A stretch of 64,000 nucleotides of DNA, from positions 161,118 through 225,117 of the forward strand of contig CAWDIK010000008.1 of NCBI GenBank assembly GCA_963802345.1, given 5' to 3'. Numbering within the stretch: position 1 is the stretch's first letter; each line of letters begins with the position of its first letter. Of the stretch, positions 11,033 to 24,103 are shown one piece after another. Source of the stretch: Vicinamibacterales bacterium. Its GTDB lineage: Bacteria > Acidobacteriota > Vicinamibacteria > Vicinamibacterales > JAMQPK01. A model generated the notes under the pieces. The model was not told the DNA's origin, did not search any database, and saw only the letters and a program-made list of their open reading frames with translations. The position numbers and the translations under genes are program-made.

Positions 11033-11944
11033 CGACGTGAACTGATACCCGCTGATCGCGAGGCGGCACGACGGCCCCGGGCCCGCGAATCTGGTCGCGT
11101 GCCATGTGGACGGCGGCGCGTACACGATGTCCCCTTCGTTCGACGTGAAGTCCCCTACCGTCTCGATGTTGTGGCGTATCTGCCCCTTCATGATCACCCA
11201 CCACTCCGCCGTGCCGACATGGAAGTGGCCTTTGTCGTTGGGGTCGTACGGCGGCAGGTTTTTCTCGTAGCCCCAGATGGCCTGGGCCCACATGTGGTCG
11301 TCCTGCACGACGTTCTGTCCTGCGAATTTCGGATCCTTCTCCGCGTCCCACAGATTGAAGTGCGGCTTGTTGTTGCCGGTATAGACGCCAGGCCCGAAGG
11401 TGGTGCCGATCTTCACGACCGTATGGCCAGGCGCCTGCGGCGGACGAGCATCGCTGACGGGTATCAGCGTTTTGAAGTTCGCCTGATTCGCGTCGACCCA
11501 CAGCGCCGGGGCGCTGCCGATCACTTCGGCCGAGTACATCGTCTTTTTGGGGATGTTCACGACCGATCCACGCTTCGTCAGAATCGGTTCGGGCTGACCT
11601 TCGAGCGTAAACCGCATTTCGCCCTCGACGACGACGTAGAACTCGCGAGTGTCGGGACGCATCCGCGAGGTGATCTTTGTGCCTGGAGCACCCTGGTTGT
11701 ATGTCGAGTAGTAGTTCTCGTCATCCACGACGACTTCAGACCAGTTCGCCTGGCCTTTGTGGCGCGCCTTCAAATCGGCCAGCTTGATGTGTACCTTGTT
11801 CTTGCCGTACTGCCCGGGTTTGTCCTTGTTGACCCACCACTGGCGCGGCGGCGTCTGACCACCGCCTCCTTGCGTAAACACGGCAGGCGCGCCGCTGAGA
11901 ACGAAAGCGAAGGCAACCGCCAGCGATACGGACGGACGTCTCAT
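11009..11944 (-). CDS. Secreted double-cupin domain protein
   Basis: Signal peptide; cupin motifs REFYVVVEGE..GSVVNIP and GHFH..AEWWVIMKG..GDIVYAP..WH. Confidence 0.75.
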   Translation of the reverse strand: MRRPSVSLAVAFAFVLSGAPAVFTQGGGGQTPPRQWWVNKDKPGQYGKNKVHIKLADLKARHKGQANWSEVVVDDENYYSTYNQGAPGTKITSRMRPDTREFYVVVEGEMRFTLEGQPEPILTKRGSVVNIPKKTMYSAEVIGSAPALWVDANQANFKTLIPVSDARPPQAPGHTVVKIGTTFGPGVYTGNNKPHFNLWDAEKDPKFAGQNVVQDDHMWAQAIWGYEKNLPPYDPNDKGHFHVGTAEWWVIMKGQIRHNIETVGDFTSNEGDIVYAPPSTWHATRFAGPGPSCRLAISGYQFTSLLEQPQY

Positions 11945-12091
11945 GAGCCGGCTCCTTAGTTTGTCGCGAGGCGACCGGTGCCGTGTCGCGACTTCGAAGA
12001 TCGATGGATTGGAGAGTGCGAGAGCAGACGATACCGCAAGAACGCAAGGGGTAAGGGCGGGGCCAAACAGATTCTACGCCGGACCCCTGAT

Positions 12092-14404
12092 TCAACGGCG
12101 GCGGGTCGTTCGATGTGTCGGTTGAGCCGTCCACGGGTCTTCCGGCCACGGATGCCTCGGATATCGGCCGCGCAACTCTTTCCGAACCTCAGGATAGGTC
12201 CGCTCCCAGAAGCTCCGAAGGTCTTTCGTGGTTTGTACTGGACGCCCGTTGGGCGCAAGCAAGTGAAACGTCACCGGCACTTCTGCCGTGCCCACCGTCG
12301 GGGATTGCGCGAGACCGAACAATTCCTGCAGCTTCACTGACGCGGAGACCGATCCATCTTCGCCGTAATCGAGCGTCGTGCTCCGCCCGCTCGGGAGGAC
12401 GATGGACGCTGGAGCACAATCGGATAGCGCGCGCTTGATTGCGAATGGAAGGTGGGCCTCGAGATCGACCTCGGTGATGCTCCGGGCCGACGCGGCCGCC
12501 GCACCGGCGATTTCCTGGAGGTCGATTTCGACGCCTGCAAATTTCAGGCGTCGGAGGAGTTGAGTGGTGGCGGCATCATGCGGCTGTGCGAGCCAGGCCT
12601 CGGCGAGAAGCGTCGAGGCCTCTACGGGATCGGCCTGCACCGGTGTTTCGCTGAGCGTGATGGCGTCGTAGCGTTCGACGCGCGCGGCGCGAACGCGGCC
12701 GCTTCGAGGATCAAATCGATGCTCGACGTCCATTCGTGTCGGCTGTATCCAGCCGCGGTCGACTTCGCTGGCCGCCCGAATTCTCGATTCGCTGACGCCG
12801 TCGCGGGCAGCAGCGACGACGTCGAGCGCGACGATGAACTCCGCATCAACGGCGGCGGCCTCGCGGGCGAGCGCCGCGCCGTGACCGGTCGCAAGAAGGA
12901 ATCGATCGCGCGAGCCGGGCCGCCGCTTCGCGAGCCGATCGGCGTAGCCGGCGAAGAGCGCATGGCGCAGCGTGTCGTCGTCTATATGCGCCGCGACATC
13001 GCCGTCGAGCGCGCCACGCGCGACACGTTGCAGCTCGTGGCGCGACCTGGCACCGTCGCACCCATCGCACCCATCGCACCCATCGCACCCGTTGCACCCG
13101 TTGCACCCAGCGACAATCTCGCGCACGCTGCGGCGGCCTCGGGCGCGCCGCGAGCGTCTATGAGGATGCGCGCGAGCCGCGGGTGGAGGGGCACGCGCTG
13201 CAATGTCCTCCCGACGTCGGTGATGCGCGCGCCTGCGTCATCACCATCCGCCGCGCCGAGGCGGCACAACAGACGGAGTGCCGCGCGTATTCGATCGGTC
13301 GAAGGCGCTTCGAACCAGTCGAACGACAGCGGATCAGCTCCCCACGCGAGCAGATCGAGGACCGGGCCCGCGAGGTCGACGCGAGCGATTTCGGGTTCAC
13401 GATGAGGCCGCAGCCGATCGCGAGCGTCCCACAACCGGCGCACGAGGCCCGGCCCCAGGCGCGCCGCGCGGCCCGCCCTCTGCTCCGCCGAATCAGACGT
13501 GATGCGCTCGAGCGTGAGGCTGTCGACGCCGCGGTCGGCGTCATATCGGGCGACCTTCACCTGCCCCGTGTCGATGACGGCTGAGACGCCGGGCACGGTG
13601 AGTGACGTCTCGGCGATGTTGGTCGCGAGGATGATGCGCCGCACCTCCGAAGGCGAGATCGCGGCATCCTGCGCATCGCCGTCGAGCGAACCGTGCAGTG
13701 GAACAACGGCAACCCCGAGACGCCGAGATTGATGAGAGGTCCGAACTGGCGCGCTCGATCTCGCGCGCACCGGGAAGGAAGCACAAGACCTGCCCGGCGG
13801 TCCTGGACAACACGGCGCGCGCCGCCTCGGCAATCGACTCCCCGTCCGCATACTCGATCGTCAGCGGATGCAACGCGCCCGGCACACTGACAACCGGTGC
13901 GTCGTCCAGAAATCGCGCAACCGGTTGGACGTCGAGGGTCGCCGACATCACGACGATACGCAGATCGGTGCGAGCGAGCCACGCCTGACGCGCGAGCGCG
14001 AGGCCAAGATCGGCATGAACGCTTCGCTCGTGAAACTCGTCGAGGACGACCGTGGAGAAATCCGACAAGAGCGGATCCTGCTGAAGGCGCGCCGTCAGGA
14101 TGCCCTCGGTGACGACCAGCAGCCGCGTGTCGCGGGTGGCTCGCTTCTCGAATCGGATGTGCCAGCCCACTTCACGCCCGAGCGTCCATTCCCGCTCTTC
14201 CGCAATACGCCGCGCAACCGCGCGCGCGGCCACGCGGCGCGGCTGCAGCAGAATGAGCGGACCCGCGTCGATCAGGGCTGGAGGAATACGGGTGGTCTTG
14301 CCCGCGCCCGGCGACGCCGAGAGCACCACAGCGCGCCGGCGCGCGAGCGCGTCGCGGACGTCCGCGACGTGCTCGTCAATGATCAGCGGGGCGAGCGGTC
14401 TCAA
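12092..14404 (-). CDS. hrpB: ATP-dependent helicase HrpB (frameshifted across three ORFs)
   Basis: PGAGKTT, DEFHER, MSAT, ATNIAETSLT, QRAGRA and C-terminal LRGRYPRHPWP across ORFs 13541..14590, 12982..13851 and 12092..13126. Confidence 0.9.
13050..13111. repeat. 9-mer tandem repeat (GCACCCRTY, about 7 units) inside hrpB
   Basis: gcaccgtc gcacccatc x3 gcacccgtt x2 gcacccagc. Confidence 0.85.
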
Positions 14405-16379
14405 CGGCCTCAGCGGCGTAGAAGCCGCGCGCCTCGAGAAGCGCGCGGACATCCGGATCGCGGCCGCGGAAACGCCGATAGGCTTCGGCGCGATCGATCG
14501 AGTTGCCGTCGGACAGGATGTGGGTGCGCAATCGATCGTTGGCTCCGGCGTCCCAGGGCCCGCCGGCTTCCACGAAGGCCTGCCAGGCATCCGCCGCCAT
14601 CACGTCCGACCAGAGATAGCTGTAGTAGCCGGCGGAGTACATATCGTTGCCGAACAGATGATCGAAATGCGGAAGGCGGTGCCGCAGGGCGACTTCGCGC
14701 GGCATGCCGCCGACGCGAGCCAGCGCCTCGCGCTCGAATGCCGCCATGTCGTCGACGCCGTCGGGACCGCGTATGGAGATCCATGTCGACGATGGCGGCC
14801 GCCAGGTACTCGAGGGTCGAGTATCCCTGGTTGAATCTCCTCGCGCGCTCGATCTTGTCGACGAGCGCCTGCGGAATCGGCTCGCCGGTCTGGTAGTGCC
14901 GGGCAAAGCGGTCGAGGAGCTCGCGGTCGAGCAACCATCTTTCGTTGAGCTGCGACGGCAGCTCCACATAGTCGAGCGGCGTCATGTCCAGGGTGGGATA
15001 TCGGATGCTCTGCAACATGCTGTGCAGCGCGTGACCGAACTCATGAAAGAGCGTCTTCGCGTCCGCCAGCGATATCAGCGCGGGCGTGCCTGGCTCGGCC
15101 TTGACGAAATTGTTGTTGATCGAAGCGATCGCCGTGACCGGCTCGTCGATCGCATGCTGCGATCGGTAGCTGGTTTCCCACGCGCCTGATCGCTTTCCCG
15201 GCCTGGCGAAATTATCCAGATACAGAACGGCGCGATGCCGGCCGGTGCCCGTATCGACGACGTTCCACACGCGCACGTCGGGGTGAAACACCGGCACACT
15301 GCCGGTAATCTCCTGGAACGCAATGCCGAACCGGCGCTCGGCAGACCACAACGCTGCCGCCACCAGGTTGTCGAGCACGAAGTACGGCTTGATTTCGGCG
15401 TCGTCGAGGTCGTATCTCGCCTTGCGCACTTTCTCGGCGTAGTACAGGAAATCCCAGGGCTCGATGGTGACCGGCGGATCGTCGCGATCGGCGATCGCCT
15501 GCATCTCGGCGACCTCGGCCTTGACCCGCGCGACAACGGACGGCCAAATCTTCAACAGGAAACGCTGCGCCGTTTCCGGATCGGCCGCCATCGTATCCAT
15601 CATTCGCCAATGCGCGTGGCTCTGATATCCGAGCAGCCTGGCGCGCTCGGCGCGCAGCCGTACGATATCCGTAATCGTCGCCGTCGTGTCGTTTGCGTCC
15701 CCGTTGGCGCCGCGGCTCTTGAATTTCTTCCAGACGATCTCGCGGAGATCGCGCCGCGGGGAGAGTGTCAGAAAGGGATCGACGCTCGACCGCGTGTTGA
15801 CGATCGCCTCGCCGCCTTCTGACAACCGTGGAGGTGTTCTCATCGGCCAGGACCTTGGCACGGAACTCGGCGAACCTGGCGGCGAGCTGCTGGTTGATGT
15901 CCGAAAGGCGCTGTTTGTCTGCCGCATTCAGGTGCGCGCCGCCGCGCACGAATTGCTCGTATATGCGGGTGACCACGCGAACCTGATCGGGCTGCAGATT
16001 GGAATCGGCCAGCGACTCGTAGACGGCGCTGATGCGCTTGAACAATCCTTGATTGAAGAGAATGGCGTCAGCCGCTTCAGACAGCTTCGGCTGCCACTCG
16101 CGCTCGAGCGCCTGATACGCGGGGTTGGTGACGCTCTCGCGCGCGACGCCGAACATGCGATCGACGCGATCGAGCGTGCGGCCGGCTCGTTCCATCGCCG
16201 CAATCGTGTTTTCAAAGGTCGGTGGATCGGTCGTCGGCGACGATGGCGTCGATCTCGGCGCGCCGTTCGGCGAGCGCTTCCTCGAACGCGCCGGGAAACA
16301 ACTCGGGCGCCATGCGATCCCACGGCGGAACTCCGCCGTAGGGTCCCGGCCATGGCGCCGACAATGGATTCTCAGACAC
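14376..16379 (-). CDS. dcp: M3-family metallopeptidase (peptidyl-dipeptidase Dcp-like), multiple frameshifts
   Basis: N-terminal PWPGPYGGVPPWD, RPGKRSGAW, FHEFGHALH (HExxH), VELPSQ, YSAGYYSYLW, FRGRDP. Confidence 0.85.
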
Positions 16380-17080
16380 TTCGGAGAATGTTACCGCGAC
16401 TCGAGCGGCCGGGGATGGCCTGTCCGTGACGCGGACGCGGCAGCGCCCACATCACTTCGCATCCATCGCAGGCGAAGTACACCTCATCGGCTGTGCGGCG
16501 AACACTGCGGACGAGGGAATCGGTCGAGCAGTACGCGCAGATTGGCGGCGGCACGACGATCGGCCGCGCGACGATTTGTGGTATCGGGGCGCTCGATCGC
16601 TCGCCGATCCATCCGGGCCGCCACGGCGATGGCGGTGGGGGTCTCGCCCCATCCATGCCGGCACGCGGTGCAGTAGAGCGTAACCATCATGACGCCGCGA
16701 TGCGTCACGAGCACCTCGCTCGCCATGCAGCGCGGACATGGATGGTGGATAGCAAGAAAGTGGCGGGGATCCGCGCGGCGGCGTGTGTGATCCATGTTGG
16801 AGGGCACGCCAGGTTTCTTGTCGGCCGTGCGCCGATCTTGCGCCGACCGCTCGCCGACGACGCGGCAATACGGCGAAGCACCCCGCGCCTGGATCTGGAG
16901 AACGCGTCCGTCTTCGAGGCTCAGCTCGAGAATTTCGCCGTCCTGCGCAACCGGCGGTGACTCCAGCTCGACAATCGTTCCAGGTTTGTCCGCCATCCCG
17001 ACATGGATTTCGTAGCGTGCAAGGCCGAGATCGCGTTGTCCAGACCGCAAGTGGCCCGTTCCACACGTCTGCTGTTCTGG
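16372..17080 (-). CDS. Hypothetical small protein(s) with two CxxC-CxxC zinc ribbons; boundaries uncertain
   Basis: CPRC..YCTACRHGW (ORF 16484..17179) and CAYC..FACDGCEVMW (ORF 16372..16656). Confidence 0.5.
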
Positions 17081-17133
17081 CAATGGCAGTCTCCGGCGTC
17101 GCCGGATGCAAGGGGGGACCAAAATCGTCGATG

Positions 17134-17197
17134 AGTCCATAGTCCATAGTCCAGAGTCGCAACGCATCGACGATCCCATGGACTATGGACTATGGAC
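17134..17197. repeat. Inverted heptamer array (AGTCCAT)n/(ATGGACT)n directly downstream of argG
   Basis: agtccat agtccat agtccag ... atggact atggact atggact. Confidence 0.85.
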
Positions 17198-20259
<3,062 letters not shown>

Positions 20260-20280
20260 TATGATTTTTGGTCCGAGTGC

Positions 20281-20354
20281 GCGCCCGTAGCTCAGTTGGA
20301 TAGAGCGACTGGCTTCGAACCAGTAGGCCGCAGGTTCGAGTCCTGCCGGGCGCA
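20281..20354 (+). tRNA. tRNA-Arg (anticodon TCG), CCA not encoded
   Basis: Acceptor stem GCGCCCG/CGGGCGC, anticodon arm ACTGG-CT TCG AA-CCAGT, T-loop GGTTCGAGTCC. Confidence 0.93.
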
Positions 20355-20364
20355 CTTCTGACAA

Positions 20365-20460
20365 TAGAAAGTGGAAAGTAGAAAGTAGAAAGTGGGAAGT
20401 AAAAAGTGGAAAGTACGGTCGTACGCCTTATACTTTTCACTTTTCACTTTTCACTTTCAG
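20365..20460. repeat. Inverted heptamer array (TRGAAAG)n/(CTTTTCA)n between two tRNAs
   Basis: tagaaag tggaaag tagaaag ... cttttca cttttca cttttca. Confidence 0.85.
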
Positions 20461-20470
20461 CGTTCGATAC

Positions 20471-20547
20471 GCGCCCGTAGCTCAGCTGGATAGAGCGACA
20501 GCCTCCGGAGCTGTAGGCCACAGGTTCGAATCCTGTCGGGCGCACCA
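20471..20547 (+). tRNA. tRNA-Arg (anticodon CCG)
   Basis: Anticodon arm ACAGC-CT CCG GA-GCTGT, GGTTCGAATCC, ends ACCA. Confidence 0.95.
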
Positions 20548-20640
20548 ACCTTCGCTCACGCTTGCACAGCGCCGCGTGAGCTTCGGTTGGCAAGCCACGC
20601 GAAGTCTGTCTCGCCGAAGCGCGGAGCGCGAAGGCGGACT
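20548..20640. repeat. REP-like multi-hairpin element after tRNA-Arg(CCG)
   Basis: accttcgctcacg..cgtgagcttcggttggcaagcc..cgccgaagc..gcgaaggcgg; the same start (accttcgctc) follows tRNA-Lys. Confidence 0.6.
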
Positions 20641-20663
20641 GCAGTAAAATAGATCGTTCAAGT

Positions 20664-20739
20664 GGGCCGCTAGCTCAACTGGCAGAGCAGCAGACTCTTA
20701 ATCTGCGGGTTCTCGGTTCGATTCCGAGGCGGCTCACCA
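20664..20739 (+). tRNA. tRNA-Lys (anticodon CTT)
   Basis: Anticodon arm GCAGA-CT CTT AA-TCTGC, GGTTCGATTCC, ends ACCA. Confidence 0.95.
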
Positions 20740-20749
20740 ACCTTCGCTC

Positions 20750-22023
20750 GGTCTATTCGGGGCGGATGGGTAACAATTTATTCCGGGGCGATAGGTAACA
20801 CTTTCGCTGCAAAGGGATTCTCGATCGGTTCCAGCCGACAGGTTTCGTCGTCGAAGTAGCCGAGATCGTAGTCCATAAAACTCACCAACCAAATCCGGTC
20901 GCTCACTTGGCGGACGCCGACGTTCTGCCCGGCAAACACCACACTGACATTGATCTTGTGGCGGTGCCAGCAGATACGGCCACAGCGGGTGATGGTCGCG
21001 GTCCAGTCGTGCAGCGGGTAGACGAGCTCCTCAAGCCCCCGGTAGGGGCGCGGGGAGTGGGTATACACGTCAGCGGGGACTTTCATGGCCAAGGCTTGAT
21101 GCGGCCGCTCGTAGTTATAGCGGTCGATGAAGGCATCAAAGCGCGCCTGCTGCTGGAGCACATTCGCGGCGGCCGGCTTCGTGGCTTCCTGCTTCAGCGT
21201 GAGGTGCATGCGCTCGTGACGACCGTTTTGCTCGGGGTGCCCGGGCTTGATGCGCTCGATGCGAATGCCAAGGCGGAGCCACCACACCGCCAATTTGCTG
21301 AGGCCGTAGAGCGCAAACGGCGACGCGAACGGCACGCCGTTGTCGGTCCGCATTGCGTCCGGCAACCCAAAATCTTTGAAGGCGCGCTCAAACACCGCAA
21401 ACGCATACGCTTCGCGCGTCGTCGAGAGCGCGTCGCAGCTAATCAAATAGCGGCTGGCAAAGTCGGTGATCGTCAGCGGATAGCAGTACGCGCGATTGGC
21501 GAGCATGAATTCGCCTTTGTAGTCGGCACACCATAAGGCATTGGGGGTGTCCGGCCAGGCCAGCGGCGTCCCTTCGGCGCGGGCCCGTCGCTTCCCCTTG
21601 CGCGTCACCAATCCATGCCGATCGAGCACCGCATGCACGGTGCTAATGGCGGGGCAATGGACCGGCGCGTACCGTCGGCGCAGCCGCTCGCGGATCTTCG
21701 GGGCGCCCCAGGTGGGATAGTCCTTCTTCAGCCGCACGATCAGGGTCTCGATCGCCGGCGGCAATTGATTGGCGTGTCGATGCGCCCGGTGGCTGCGGTC
21801 CGTCAACCCCTCCACCCCGCAGCCTTTGTACCGCTTGTAAATCTTGTAGCCCGTCTTTCGAGAGATCCCGAAGTCCGCGCAGACGGCGGTCATTTTTTCG
21901 CCGTCGAGCAGGCGGGCAATAAACCGGAGACGCTCGTCGACCACGTGACACTCCTTCCAAGGCATCCCCCCTCCTCTTGAGGGGGAGAAGTGTCACCCAT
22001 CCGCCCGGAATAAAACGTTACCC
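20750..22023 (-). mobile_element. IS481-family insertion sequence
   Basis: Transposase flanked by inverted subterminal motifs TGT(T/C)ACC(C/T)AT..CCGGAATAAA; CCTTCGCTC occurs on both flanks. Confidence 0.85.
20778..21965 (-). CDS. IS481-family DDE transposase
   Basis: MPWKEC..HTH SRKTGYK, WCADYKG, TDNGVPF, NGRHERMH, YNYERPH. Confidence 0.93.
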   Translation of the reverse strand: MPWKECHVVDERLRFIARLLDGEKMTAVCADFGISRKTGYKIYKRYKGCGVEGLTDRSHRAHRHANQLPPAIETLIVRLKKDYPTWGAPKIRERLRRRYAPVHCPAISTVHAVLDRHGLVTRKGKRRARAEGTPLAWPDTPNALWCADYKGEFMLANRAYCYPLTITDFASRYLISCDALSTTREAYAFAVFERAFKDFGLPDAMRTDNGVPFASPFALYGLSKLAVWWLRLGIRIERIKPGHPEQNGRHERMHLTLKQEATKPAAANVLQQQARFDAFIDRYNYERPHQALAMKVPADVYTHSPRPYRGLEELVYPLHDWTATITRCGRICWHRHKINVSVVFAGQNVGVRQVSDRIWLVSFMDYDLGYFDDETCRLEPIENPFAAKVLPIAPE

Positions 22024-22044
22024 TTCGCTCACGAAGGACACTCG

Positions 22045-23059
22045 TGTGAAATCACGGGACAGAGGTGACATCCAGCTCTCCTTTCTAAGCCTAAAAACCT
22101 TAGAGTGGAGACCTGATGACGAAGTCAGAGCAAACGGCGGTTGACCAACTGGCGCCTAAGTTGCTCCAGGCGGCCAGCGAGGCCGGCAACGTGGCGCGGA
22201 CCTGCCGGCATTTCGGGATTTCCCGGAAGACGTTCTACAAGTGGCGACAGCGGTATCACGCGCACGGTGATGTCGGATTGGCGGACCGGGCTCGAGCGCC
22301 GCACCGCTCGCCGCGGGCCACGCCGGCAGAGGTCGTGAGCAAGATCCTGTATCTCCGGCAGCACTACCACTTCGGCCCGGGCAAGATTGCCGACTACCTG
22401 AAGCGGTTTCACGGCCTCTCGATGGCCTGTGCCTCGGTACATCGCATTCTGCGCAGGCACGGCATGAACCGGCTGCCGGCGAACCAAAAGTACCGGCGGC
22501 ACGCGCACCGCTGGACGCGCTACGAGAAGGCGCAGCCGGGCCATCGGCTGCAGGTCGACGTCAAGTTTCTCGAGCGCATTCCGGGCACGCGCCGGCGGTT
22601 CTACCAATTCACGGCGATCGACGATTGCACCCGGATTCGCGTGCTGAAGGTCTACGACGCCTGCAATCAACGGACGGCCATCGCATTCATCGACGAGGTG
22701 CTCCGGCGATTGCCGTTCCGCGTCCACGTCATTCAGACCGACAATGGCGCCGAGTTCCAGTCGCACTTCCACTGGCGTCTCGAAGAACGCGACATCCGGC
22801 ACGTGTACATCCGGCCGCGGACGCCGCATCTGAACGGCAAGGTCGAACGATCCCATCGCGTCGACGACCAGGAGTTCTACCAGCTCCTGGACAAGGACGG
22901 CATCACCGATGACATTCACCTGTTTAACGAGAAGCTGAAGGAGTGGGAGGACTACTACAATTACCACCGGCCGCACGGGGCGTTGGCGGCCAAACCCCCT
23001 ACGAACGGCTCGTGGCAAAGATGAGAGCGGGAACGTCACCGGCGTCCTGAGAACTTACA
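22045..23059 (+). mobile_element. Second, distinct IS481-family insertion sequence
   Basis: TGT...ACA ends with imperfect inverted repeats (tgtgaaatcacgggacagaggtgac / gtcaccggcgtcctgagaacttaca). Confidence 0.85.
22116..23050 (+). CDS. IS481-family transposase (probable frameshift near the C-terminus)
   Basis: QVDVKF, AIDDCTR, QTDNGAEF, NGKVERSH, YNYHRPH; an alternative frame gives GQTPYERL..* ending at 23050. Confidence 0.92.
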
Positions 23060-23076
23060 CTCATGAATGCACGCGA

Positions 23077-23148
23077 AGGTTGCCCACCATAGCGCGAAGC
23101 GCGACGGTGGGCCAACGCCTACGGAGAACGAGCTACGGTTGGCAAGCC
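23077..23148. repeat. REP-like hairpin element, near-identical copy at 26317-26367
   Basis: aggttgcccaccatagcgcgaagcgcgacg(g/t)tgggcc occurs at both sites. Confidence 0.75.
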
Positions 23149-23184
23149 AAGTGGATCCGCCCTCAGGGCTCGCCAAAATGCCCA

Positions 23185-23200
23185 ATTCCGAGGCGGCTCA
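23185..23200 (+). repeat. 16-bp direct repeat of the tRNA-Lys 3' end (att-like site)
   Basis: ATTCCGAGGCGGCTCA is identical to 20721-20736. Confidence 0.75.
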
Positions 23201-23257
23201 ACTGAATAGCCGGTCGGCCATACGACAGCCGAACGGGTACCCATTTGGGTCTTTACG

Positions 23258-23771
23258 TCACTCTGCACGAACCAAACAAACCGTAGTTGGGTTCTCTAGC
23301 TTCGCCCCGGTGATCGGGTTAGTGAGTGATGTGAGCACCAACGAATTTCCGTCTATCTTAAAGCTATAGGACAGACCGGTCTTGCTCATCTGCGTCGGCA
23401 CGCCCTTCGCAACAACGGGCCGCATATTCACGTCGTCCCAGCAACTTCGTACGTGCCCGCGTTGGCGGTTACTGGTGCCCAACTCTGATAGGCGGCGATC
23501 ATTTGCGCATCGGTAAGTTTGGCCGTTGGAGCGGTTATTTCGCCCGCGGGACGCGGCTTAGGGCTATTGTCCGACACTTGGCTGTAGTGCTTTGCAGTAA
23601 AATAAAGATCCACAAGCCGGGTTGTGGACTTTTGTTCGTGGCTCCAGTCGGTCCAGTCGTGGTGCGCTCGGCAACTCGCCACGCCCCCTGAATCGATGGT
23701 TTCGATCGCCCCAGAACAGAGAGACCGAGCGCAAGGATCCCCACGACGACGACGAGAAGTCTCTTCGTCAC
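23258..23771 (-). CDS. Secreted lipocalin-like beta-barrel protein (frameshifted), paralog of 25798..26271
   Basis: SKPSIQGAWRV..NKSPQPGL..FTAKHYS..AGTYEV..PVVAK..FKIDGNSL..LVRAE across three ORFs. Confidence 0.65.
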
Positions 23772-24103
23772 AAGCTACCTCCAAGTGAGAATTTGCCTAG
23801 GAGTTGGTGATTGACGGGAAAACGGATAGCACTATATCGCAAGCAGAGGATTTAGCTGGCGGGATTCAGCCAACCGGCCTCGAGCAGTTCGTCTTCCACT
23901 CCGAAGCCAACGCCTCGACGGCCAGCGCATCACGGAGAGTTGCGTGCGTCGAAAGTCCTCGCCCTCGATCGAGCGCCACAGCTTCGCGCAACAGTTCAAA
24001 TTGGTGCGAGGGTGAGAGAAGACGGAAGGTCCGGTCTTGGCTCAAACATGCGAACAGCATGTCCAGCCAGCCATGCGGATCGGAGACTAGTGACACGGTT
24101 AGC

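Noticed and set aside
13050-13126. GCNGCNGCDGCD poly-CxxC metal-binding motif
   Set aside because: It is one translation of the 9-mer DNA repeat in hrpB; the upstream HrpB frame reads GATGATGAM.
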